Below are positions 23,045 to 33,867 of a DNA stretch of 33,867 nucleotides, one piece after another. Source of the stretch: Trypethelium eluteriae (taxonomy: Eukaryota); NCBI GenBank assembly GCA_051942245.1, contig JAVECL010000240.1, forward strand, positions 1 through 33,867, given 5' to 3'. Every line of letters starts with the position of its first letter. Positions within the stretch are counted from its first letter, which is position 1. The position numbers and the translations under genes were made by a program. The notes beneath the pieces are model-generated. The model did no database searches and was not told where the DNA came from. It saw only the letters and a program-made list of their open reading frames with translations.

Positions 23045-23311
23045 ACTGAACGAGGTCTCTCGACTCTGCACAGGTCTCTTACCTCTACGTACGTCTCTTA
23101 CCTCTAAGTACGTCTCTTGTCTCTACGTACATCTCTTGTCTCTACATACGTCTCTCATTTTTATACAGATCTACATAGAGGCGAGAGACCTACACAGACA
23201 GGAGAGACCTGCACAAAGACGAGAGACCTGCGCACAGACGGGAGACCTGCGGAGAGGTAGAGAAGAGAGACGCATTTCGCAGAGAGGGAAAGGAATTAGA
23301 CCTAGTTCAGT
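23045..23311. mobile_element. Foldback/MITE-like element built from inverted arrays of a 19-bp unit
   Basis: Terminal inverted repeats ACTGAACGAGGTCT (23045-23058) and AGACCTAGTTCAGT (23298-23311) match at 13/14. Six direct 19-mers (e.g. GGTCTCTTACCTCTACGTA) span 23054-23167, then 4-5 reverse-complement units ending GAGACC run from 23172, pivoting on AGATCT at 23167-23172. Confidence 0.75.
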
Positions 23312-23319
23312 CAGGGGGT

Positions 23320-23930
23320 CGATGCTAGCAAGGGAAAAGCCGAAGTGAAGGGAGAAGAAGGCGTAGAACATCATTGCGGCGAGGAGATGCATGGCTTTGA
23401 GGAGTTCGCAGAAGCGGTTGTGGAGCGGACCGAAGGATAGGGATACCATCCAGGAATGGGCCATTAGGTCGACCGCGCCAATCTAAGAGTAGGCGCTTGC
23501 TCCCCACTGCATGCCCGGTGTCGCCTGTCTTCATGTGATGGACGATGAATGGAAAGGTGTGAAGGAGAGCAAGAACGCACATAGCCCAGGATAACCGGCG
23601 GTGGCGGAAGATATTGAGCTCTTCATATGCGATACGAATGACGACAGTGATCGGATTTTCTTTGGCGGCCAGGGTGAGGACGACGGTAACACAAGCAATA
23701 GACATCTAGCCTCTGCGCATGGCAAGAGGATATGACAAGCCGTACTTCGTGTCTGTCGTGTTGCGCCATTATTAAGATCGCTTCCCCCAAGAGTCGTGGC
23801 CATGAAGAAGACAAAATCAAGAGCTCCTACCTGGATGGTGCCGAACGATGGGGAATACCGTCTCAAAAATCTGATGAAAACACATTTGTAGACCAAATAT
23901 TTCACTAGACTTCGAAGGCGACGACCAACG
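23320..23930 (-). pseudogene. Ferric reductase (FRE-like) transmembrane-domain pseudogene
   Basis: Fragments KYLVYK..YSPSFG, PLAMRRG*MSIAC..LAAKENPI..YEELNIFRH..SWAMCVLALLHTFPFIVHH, and MQWGASAYS*IG..LHNRFCELLKAMHLLAA..FFSLHFGF. TAG stops at 23708-23706 and 23485-23483, at least two frameshifts, and no FAD/NADPH domains. Confidence 0.85.
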
Positions 23931-23987
23931 AAGGCAGAAAAATCAGTGAAGATAGGGCAAAACCACGGAGGCGTCGCAGTTCCTACG

Positions 23988-25149
23988 TCAAAAGAACGCC
24001 TCTGTCTGCTGCCTGCACCATGCCAGAAAAGTCTCCGCGATGCCGGACCCGCCTTCAGCTTTCCCCCTCAGAGACTCCTCTACACCCGCAGGAAGGCTTC
24101 CGAACCGGCCCCAAGGAAAGACATATGCGCCACTCTTATCAGGGGTCAGTTCAGGGGCCAGTGCCGACCATAACTCTGTGTATGCACCATTGATTGGCGG
24201 ATAGCATAGAAAGTTTACCTGTAAGAGAATAGGTCTCAGCTCGCACTTTCACGTCGATATAACCACTCACGGTAAAAGACCGGCCTAGGCCCTGCCAGTG
24301 CCGCTGAAGCTCGGATCTCAGATTACCGGGGTTGAAAGCGGCATGTACGATGCCGGTCTGCGGCGTAGTCTTTGCAAATTCCCGTGCCATTATAGCATTA
24401 GCCACTTTGGTCTGTCCATAATTCGGCATGACGCCCTTGTCACTTGGACATCCGCTGCTATCCAGTTGAATCCCGTGAGGGCCGGGTGAGGCAACATGCA
24501 CAGCGATAGACCCGGCCCATGCTACTCGCACGCTACCTGTCGGTGAGCTGGCGGCGGTCGTAGTGAGGATTGGAAGGAGTAGCTGGTAGAGAAGATAAGG
24601 CCCAAGGCAATTTGTAGCTACTTGAAGCTCGTGGCCTTGAGCGCTGGTGCTTCCTTCGGGCGGAAACATGACCTGCGGATGGCAACGTTAGGAGACTCAA
24701 ATTCGCGGGTATTCAAAGCGTGATATAAGACATGAAGCTCGGCGGGAAACGTACTCCGGCATTGTTTACAAGGACATCGAGACGCTGCTGTTTAGTGGTG
24801 AATGCTTCAATGGCGGGTTTGATGGAAGAGAGATCAGCAAGATCAAGATCAATGAACTCCAGATGGCCAGCACTCCTGGGATACAACTTCTTGATATTCA
24901 AGATGGCTTTCTGAGCTTTTGGCTCAGATCGGCCGGCGATATAAACGGTGGCGTTGTGGCTGTAAAGAATTGTACATAGTTCAATGCCAACGCCGGCATA
25001 ACCACCAGTGACAAAAAATACCTGTGAGACCATCAATTCATGTACGTTTGGTTGAATGGAGCACTAACCCGCCCCGTCTGATCGGGACAATTTTTTTCTG
25101 TAATGGAAGGCTGGGGAATGAAGAAGAACTGGCTTAGAATATTACCCAT
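23988..25149 (-). CDS. Short-chain dehydrogenase/reductase, retinol-dehydrogenase/WWOX-like, ~326 aa
   Basis: Exons 25149-25069, 25021-24755, 24672-24271 and 24218-23988 (981 nt). Motifs PDQTGRVFFVTGGYAGVG, LDLADL, VNNAGVM, YGQTK, NPGNLRSEL, GAYTELW, PWGR. Confidence 0.92.
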
Positions 25150-27090
25150 CTGGTGAGAAAAGACCGCTTGTGGATATGTGGATTGGGTGACGGTGCTGGC
25201 TTGTGAGCAAAGTCAAGGATCAATGACGCGTAGCTGATGGAAAGACCGCTCGCGCAATCACAACAATCAGAGCCTGACAAATGATTGTTGTCGGTCGTGT
25301 CTTGAAGTAGTACGTCTCTACCTTGTCTCGTTATTTGGTGAGCGAGGTTTTTGGGTCAGCAGATGGTGTTCCTCCAAGGCCGACTTGTCCTTGCTGTGCC
25401 GTGCGTGCCCATGGCTCTCTAGACAATTAGCGTGGCCGTCGGTGCGAGAGAGCATAGCAGTTGGGCCCAAGGGATCAGCATAAATGGTCTAAGCGACCAA
25501 CAGATTAGCTTAAATAAACATCCCTGGTGTTGCAGGATCTTATGGAGATCATCAAAGGACCCGCGTGTTCTTTGGGCTATCCTGGCAGGAACGGCGAGAA
25601 AAAATTATGCGCGTCTCTTTGACCAGTTGCGACAAGACGTGGTCAAGTAAAGATCCAATCGTCGGGCACAGAGTCAGCGGGAAAAGGTGTCTCAAGCTGA
25701 CGAAGCCTTGCCATTCGCAAGCTTGCGCCCAGCATTCATGCGTTCTGTTTCTTAGTAATTAGTCCCTCGGCGGACCTTCCTGAATGAGTTCTCACCACTA
25801 GATCTTTGTCTTTTCCAATATCACAATGACGTCTAAAATACACTCGCGACGTTCTGATGATTATCCTCAGTACTTTTTAGTGACTCCCCTTCCAGAAGGC
25901 TTCCAGTACCAAGAGAGTCGCGACAGTGAATGAGTCCGCAGCCAACAAGGGGCTGAAGGCAATGTGCGACTCGATCCCCACGGCAGTTGAGGCACGTGGT
26001 CTGGAATATATCTGCTATAGTACTTTATGCTATAACGAACTCGAAGCTTGGACTTGAGTGGTCTCGATTGGGATAATCTGGAAAATATCCTAGAATACGT
26101 CAAGCGATACATCCCTGACAAATACGCAAGGGTTCTAAGGGAAAGATCTACATTCTATTCAGATAAGATGACAGCAGTATTTATACAAATTGTCGCCCAA
26201 TCGCTCCGAGATCCCTACTCATCATCTTTCTTCTCCTCACGCTCAGGGTACAGAGTATGGCTGGCATGGTTCCAATTGTCGTCGTAATAGAGATGAGCAG
26301 TCTGAGCCTTCCCGGCGGCGTTCTGTGCATCCGTTGCAAAGCGAACCGTGGCATGCGGTCTGCTGTCTGTGTGACTAGTATGACTTGGGCTCCTCCGGTG
26401 TGTTAGAGACATGTTATATCGAAAGTTTTATCCGTCTCACTTTAGAATTGCCTTGGTGAAGTGGGCTAGCTCAGGCGATTGCGTCGCCTGTTCGATAAGT
26501 TTCAAGGTCTTATCGCGGACATCTTGGTTCCTGATCCTCTGCGTGAATTGTACCATGGAACGAGCTATCGGACTCATATCGAAAGATCATATCGAAAGAT
26601 ATGAATGGGTGCGCGATGCGAAATGAGTATAGTAGATAACAAGTTCAATGAATTGGTTATAAACAGATGATCTTGTGCTGTCGAAGTAGTAGAGTTCATC
26701 GAGGAGCGGCCAATCTTTTATTCCTATCCTAAACAACTACGCCGCGTTTTGCGTTATTTTCGGCTCTTCTCGATTGCCTATTTAGCGCGCGCGACGAAGC
26801 TGTTTCGGTAGAGTTCATGGCCGGCTGATCGATAGGTAACAACTAGACGGAAATGCAAGGTAGGTTGAGCATCATCTCCTCGAACAATGGGCGGCTGGCT
26901 GCGGGCACAGATTTCTAATGAGGCTCAGATCTCTCAATTTCGTCAAATGGAGTTGTATCGGTACCGTATTGGCTAAATTGAGGCGTTGAGAACGACTGTG
27001 GTTCGTCGTTCATCTGGCGCGCGTTGGGTCCGTGCTTGCAAACACCAAACGCGCCAATTCGCCGCTTCTCTACACCATCTCATACTCTAG

Positions 27091-28564
<1,474 letters not shown>

Positions 28565-28626
28565 TGACCTTTTATCACTCTCAAAATGACGATGTGAGCC
28601 AGCTGAGCACCGGTAAATAAAGCGAC

Positions 28627-29400
28627 TCATCCTGACTGCTGCGGAGCCAGACTTCTTTCAATGTCAAAAGTGTTATCTTGGGCCGAGGAAGCTATTTCTG
28701 AAGCACGAAGCCAGTCTCGTGATGCACGTAGAACTTTGTGGGTATTTTCATCACGACTCAAACCCCACATAAACACTCGTCCTGCGGGTCTCGCGCCAAT
28801 CGACTTTCCCAGCTCCTGATTGCACTCAGCAAGTACCACTGGATACGGACGCCCAGAGAAGATTTTGTACTACGTCGTCTCCAGCATTTTACTCGCCCTC
28901 GTCGCATTCCACACCGTGACTACACGATCCGCGCCAGCGGTGACCATCTCCCGTCCTTGACGAAAAGCGCTCTCGACAGCGAGTTTACGCGGAAGTGTTC
29001 GAAGTGCGCAAGTTACATTTTCCCGTTGACCGGGAGGAAGCGGACGTTGGTGCGACTGAAGCCTCGTTTCTGCACTCTATTGAATTATCGAGGCACAAAA
29101 GTTGGAAATGCGCGGTAGGCGATAATTTACGCGTTGCTCAGGACCAGCCCAGAAATATCATGTGACTGTATAGCTACAGCCGGGGATGTATGTGAAAGTT
29201 GCAGGCCCGGAAGCGGAGACATAACTAGGGTTACTCAATCGCTGAGTGTGACTTATCCTGTAGTTGCCAGTGGGACGCTACTACAGGACAAGACACCAAA
29301 CACGTAGGATACTTCGTGTACAAAGAGGTATCGTCTGGCTCCGCCACTTACGATGCTTTGGTGCGTGCTTCATTCCCGGACACGGCCAATGTAAGGTGAA
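28627..29400 (-). pseudogene. Degenerate WD40-repeat gene
   Basis: One frame reads MVTAGADRVVTVWN (28947-28906), TAG at 28872-28870, FSGRPYPV..GRVFMWGL..VLRASRDWL..IASSAQDNTFDI. Upstream broken frames give IVSGG, ILRVW and YVSASG. All are WD40-strand-like. Confidence 0.45.
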
Positions 29401-29780
29401 GAGCAATGGATTGTACTAGCTTTTCTCTACAGAGCGGACAGTCTCTTCGGAAGGATGACGATCACAAGCGCACTGCTGGTACGCATCAAAAAGGATGATC
29501 TCGTCAAAGTGGGGCGGGTTTTGATGCCATACAAATTGGGAGGCCGGAAGCTGTAGGAAATGCATGCAACTGGCGGTAGACTTGTGACACCTGGGCGATC
29601 TACAATCTGAGTCATAGAGCATAAGACCATTAATATAGAGAATCCTCGCTCTTATACCAAAACATCTTTACAGCAAGAACATTCAAGGCCATATCTCGTG
29701 CACTGGCTGATGTGAGCTTTTCCCTAACTGCAATCGCCTCGCTAGACAGCCCAAGGAACTCTGAGACATTCGGAGCATCT

Positions 29781-30658
29781 TCATTTTGCTAGTCTAGTAC
29801 CACTTAGTCCCCTCCTTCTGGTACGACGACAAAGGATCAAAGCACTGCAAACAGAAATCACATTCTTCAAAGACGGAACCTGCTTCCGTTTTGCAGCATT
29901 CCGATCGAACTCTCTAGAGTCATTCTTTCCGTCCATGGCCTGCTTCTTCTTGCTCTTGACAACGGAGCAACGGCTGGAAGTAAAGACTCTTCTCAGAAAA
30001 GAGACCTTTTCGTCATCGCTGTCAAATCCCGAGATCAGCAGGGAGTCGCTTTCCACGCTATCCAGCAAGGTTGTGGATCTCGGCATTGCCGATGGCGTCG
30101 ATGTCGATACATCATCGCAACTATATTGGGAGCCGTCAGAAACCGACGTGATTGAATGACGAGAGGGGCTATCAGAGAAGTGTGGGAGGAGCGCGGGTGT
30201 AGTGGATGCTAGCGGCCAAGTCGGATTGGTTGAGTCCCATCCTTCAGAGGCATGAGTAAATGGAAAAAATTGGCTTGACGAAAAGGTACTTTCGTTTAGT
30301 CGATGGGGGTTTGCAGGAATTTCCGGCAACGGTTCCTACTGGAGATTGTCTTCGCTTCGCTGCCGTTCCTGTTTAAGATCATGGCATTCTGAACGTGATT
30401 GAGAGACGATCTCCAATCCAATCCTTCTTGGTAGTCTTAATGAACTAGGGGGTTCCTGCGTTGAAGGATGGGTAGCGGGATAGGCCAGGAAATAGCTAGT
30501 CCGAGACGTCATTATCTCTGGCGACGGGTGCCGCGCATAGAAGTCCAGAATTGCATTGATGGAGGTCTCAGATTGTGGCCGCTCTTTCGAGCTCGATATG
30601 TTCAAGAATGCTCCAGAGTCATGCCTTCGACGAGGCCTTACTTCCGTTGCTACTGAAG
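29781..30658 (-). pseudogene. Ser/Pro-rich low-complexity reading frame interrupted by one in-frame TAG (hypothetical gene or pseudogene)
   Basis: ORFs 30336-30605 and 29781-30329 share a frame and are separated only by TAG 30338-30336. A CTAAT..GCAG acceptor precedes 30658. No recognisable domain. Confidence 0.3.
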
Positions 30659-31556
30659 CTGCAAGTATTAGAAAGATGCCTCTAAAACCAATGTAAGAGG
30701 AATGTGTTCTTGGGAGAGACGTAAAAGGGAGCTGAGACAGAGCTGGGAACCCTGGCTATCATGCGTGACAAAGGCTCATGTCATTAGAAAAGAGCATAAG
30801 AGTATAAATTGCATATTTGAACGCAATGGGAGATGTAAGACGTGATACCGATGTGAAAGCATTGAACAGTAGATCTAGAAGATTATGGGTACGGGCAAAA
30901 GCGATCCTATTCTATAGGAAGGGATATGAATGGAGTCTCTCGCATAACTGTGCGAGGGGGATAAACATCTCCTTCTAGGCTTCTAGGTTTTGGAAAGTTG
31001 GCGCAAGGGTCTGGTAGTTTCATTATGACCTGCTCGCGCCTAGTAGTGGACGCCCTTGTGGAATTCGAAAACAGCTCGTGACCTTGACATAGACAACGCA
31101 AGGGATGCAGGGCCGCTTCATCGGGTGGAGAACCCAGTATCCTTACTGTGTAGGCGAGAAGTCAACGTTTCAGCCTTTTCCTCGCTAGCAATCATGTCGA
31201 GTAATATGAGCCGGTGGCGTTTCCCGTGTTGTCATTAGTCTTCCATCAGACGAGTGAGGAAAATTTTCAACGTCCTGACTCCGAAGCATCGCCCGTGATC
31301 TCTCATGCTCTCATGGCTGAGTCCGCACTCAAGTTCCGTTGCCCTCTACTTCCTTCACTGACGACGTTGTCAACTCTTCGGAAATTTTAACGAGAGACCA
31401 CCCTCGATTCCGGACTGTGTAGTCAAAGATGGCCTGTTTTCTCAGATGCACTACAGTACTCAGAAAAAAGTGGTCGGGCAACTCCACCAATTTTCCCGCA
31501 TCAGCGTGGGGATACCTTTTTCCGCGTAAGTGTACAGTACATCTGTTCTCATTAAT

Positions 31557-32717
31557 TCAGCGCACTCTGAGTCCTCTCCTTGCTTTGGAAATCAGGGTTT
31601 CGTGCATCTCAGAGAGCTCGGGTATGATCATAGACTCAATTTCAATCGGCGGTTCTCCTTCCATCGGTACCAAGTCATCCTCATCACTATCCACAACCGC
31701 GTCGTCCATACCCGCTGCCAAACCGACTTGATCATGCTGCCCTGAGTTGCTCTTGGTCCTTCTGCGCCTAGGCACGCGGATCCATTTCGCATCGTCACTA
31801 TCTGAGACAAACACGACTTCCCACTTCCGTGTAGAGAGTAAATTTCCGATAACAAGATGATGCGAGTACTTATCTAGGGCATGTTTGGCCTTCTGCGTTA
31901 GAATCGTCGGGTCAGTTTCTAGCTTGAAGCTAACAATCATGGCTTCTGGCGACCAGGAATCGACAAGCTGCTTGAGGAATTTCGGAACAGGGTCCAAATC
32001 GATGATGAGGCTTCTGCCTTCTGTGTGAGCAGCCGGTTTCTTCGACCCCTCGCCATTGGTGGCAGCGGATTGAGCAAACTCTTCGCTTGACTGGATTTTG
32101 TGCTCGACCATGCGATCCCGAGGAACAAAGAAGTCAGACACAGCTGCGGCAAGGTAGAACAGAGCCTTGCATCCAAGAGGCTGCATTAGCTTGGCGATCT
32201 CGCGAAGTTCCCAGAGATACTCGTTGATGGTGACAAAAGGTAAAAGAAGTAATAAATTGTTCTCCTTTGCTTTGGTGTACTGTCTCAGTACCTGCACCAT
32301 CTCAGACTGGAACTCTTCATCAACCATGACTCGCCCTCGATCATCCTCTTTGAGGTAATCGAGAAAGCAATTGGTGCTATGTGAATAATGGCGAGAATAG
32401 GGTAAAAGTGAGAATCGTCTATGCAGGAATATCACTGCGTAGCCGGCTCGCAGCAGGTACTCTGCACTTGTAGCCCCTCGCGTGCCTGCAGAGAAGTTAT
32501 CGATAAATCGAACGGTCTGATTTTCAAGTGGGACCGTCGTTCCGCCTGAGGTCACGAGGGCGACTTTTCGGTCTCGCCTTGCATGGCTATCGATGAAGGC
32601 CTTGGCTTGGGCGCAGTATGCCTCCAGTTCTGCTGGCGGCGGATTTGTAGTGAAGTAAATATTTTCAGATGTTGTCTTCTCAGCGTCCCCGTTCTCTGCC
32701 GGAGTAGTGGACGCCAT
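31557..32717 (-). CDS. CAB2: Phosphopantothenate--cysteine ligase (PPCS, CoA biosynthesis), 386 aa
   Basis: VALVTSGGTTVPLENQTVRFIDNFSAGTRGATSAEY, YAVIFLHR, FYLAAAVSDFF, EHKIQS, LDPVPKFL, IVSFKLETD, VIGNLLSTRK. Confidence 0.96.
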   Translation of the reverse strand: MASTTPAENGDAEKTTSENIYFTTNPPPAELEAYCAQAKAFIDSHARRDRKVALVTSGGTTVPLENQTVRFIDNFSAGTRGATSAEYLLRAGYAVIFLHRRFSLLPYSRHYSHSTNCFLDYLKEDDRGRVMVDEEFQSEMVQVLRQYTKAKENNLLLLLPFVTINEYLWELREIAKLMQPLGCKALFYLAAAVSDFFVPRDRMVEHKIQSSEEFAQSAATNGEGSKKPAAHTEGRSLIIDLDPVPKFLKQLVDSWSPEAMIVSFKLETDPTILTQKAKHALDKYSHHLVIGNLLSTRKWEVVFVSDSDDAKWIRVPRRRRTKSNSGQHDQVGLAAGMDDAVVDSDEDDLVPMEGEPPIEIESMIIPELSEMHETLISKARRGLRVR

Positions 32718-33709
32718 GGATGACGATTTAAGCTCAGCAGGGATGTACTTTAATTACGTAGTGAGGCCTTCCATCGAAAGTCGCTGTGACCTACTCCTCG
32801 TGATTGAAAGAAGAAGTGCAGAGTTTTGTTTCCGGAAACACTCTTCCAGATATCAGAAGAACCAGTAATTGTGACCGAAACTCGAAGTTATCAATTTCAA
32901 GGTGATGGAGGCAGCTTGATTGTTTGTCTGCCGAGGCTGAGGCCTCCCTGTCCTCGGCTTCCGACTTGTCCGCCCGGGGCGCCGGACAACAAAGACCTTT
33001 CTCAACTACTTGGTCGTGGTCGTGATGATAAGTATGGAATCATCATGACATCGTTAAGGTGTACAATGCAAGCTCCAAGTCTGTGGCGTACCAATCAACC
33101 CTTGACCACGCTGGCGGTCTCGTCTCTCCCAAAAGCTCGGATTTTAATCCAAATCCATTAGAGTACCAAGTTTCTACTTGGTGTTTTGTACCAATTGAGA
33201 AGCACTTCTAGATTTTCCGACCCCATTACCTCATCCATTCGCCTATTCTATTATGACCGAGACGCCAAGGGTGGCGCTAGCTCTACTCGGAGTAAGCACT
33301 AAGCAACTCAGGTTATCACCTTAATACCCTTGAACGCTGTTTCAGTGTATTCACACAAGCTGCCAAATGCTAAGATGTGAATGATTTAAAACTCCCAGAA
33401 TCGAATTTAATCTTTCCGGAAGATTAGAGTGTAACTTTGATACTGACTGTTATTGCTACCTCCGGAGACGGTACTATCTGTCATGAATTAGGCAGTATAA
33501 TCTCGCTCGATAGATAAATTAGAAGAAAAATAAAAAAACAGAACTTCAGTCATATCTGCAGGAGGTAACAAGGGTCTGAATCGTCTTGACCGGCACCTGT
33601 TTGTCATATGTGATCGCCATAAAAATAGGATTGGTTCCTTCCTGGCCAATTTATTTTCCCAACACCAGTTCTTGATCCAACACAAATCCCAACCGACTCA
33701 CCTTCATCC

Positions 33710-33867
33710 TCAAAACCCCTCCTTCCTCCCAACTATCTCAATCATCACATCCGTCGCGTTCCCTCCATTAAACCCTTCGACATCATACGGACAACTACTC
33801 CCCACAACCAAAACATCCATCTCCGCCTCCAACTCAATATAATCCCCCGCCCTCGACGTACTCAACC
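33710..33867 (-). CDS. C-terminal end of a urea-carboxylase-associated DUF1989-family protein (partial, runs off the window)
   Basis: Not in the ORF track. Reads LSTSRAGDYIELEAEMDVLVVGSSCPYDVEGFNGGNATDVMIEIVGRKEGF*, matching the DUF1989 C-terminal pattern S..GDY.EL.AEMD.....S.CP.D....NG. Confidence 0.75.
   Translation of the reverse strand, partial: LSTSRAGDYIELEAEMDVLVVGSSCPYDVEGFNGGNATDVMIEIVGRKEGF

Noticed and set aside
23054..23271. Regularly spaced GTCTC/GAGAC repeats as a CRISPR-like array
   Set aside because: The units are contiguous 19-mers with no unique spacers and flip orientation midway; the context is eukaryotic with no cas genes.
23136..23348. 70-aa Arg/Glu-rich ORF
   Set aside because: It is a translation of the MITE repeat units.
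32826..33161. 111-aa ORF divergent from CAB2
   Set aside because: Non-ATG start, no motif, and located in the CAB2 promoter region.

Overview
Fungal (filamentous ascomycete) genomic DNA with spliceosomal introns. The centre (~3.95-22.7 kb, possibly to 25.1 kb) is an intact-looking secondary-metabolite cluster arranged as three divergent gene pairs: a BBE-like FAD-linked oxidase with a Tri101/BAHD-like O-acyltransferase; a ~2576-aa highly reducing PKS (KS-AT-DH-cMT-ER-KR-ACP) with a CitA/AfoC-like FSH1 serine hydrolase; and an Ayr1-like SDR with a TropB/AzaH/AfoD-like dearomatising FAD monooxygenase. A second SDR lies nearby. This is the typical azaphilone/asperfuranone gene set, but the window contains no non-reducing PKS, no transcription factor and no transporter, suggesting a split cluster or a rewired HR-PKS-only pathway. 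A short CCG-containing motif (AAAANTCCG) recurs in all three divergent promoters. The cluster lies among decayed sequence: a hAT transposase relic, a frameshifted secreted protease-like gene, a possible carboxylesterase fragment, a ~265-bp foldback MITE made of inverted 19-bp arrays, and ferric-reductase and WD40 pseudogenes. To the right are an SRPK-like kinase, CAB2/PPCS and the 3' end of a DUF1989 gene. All family assignments come from motif recognition by eye; no database searches were run.
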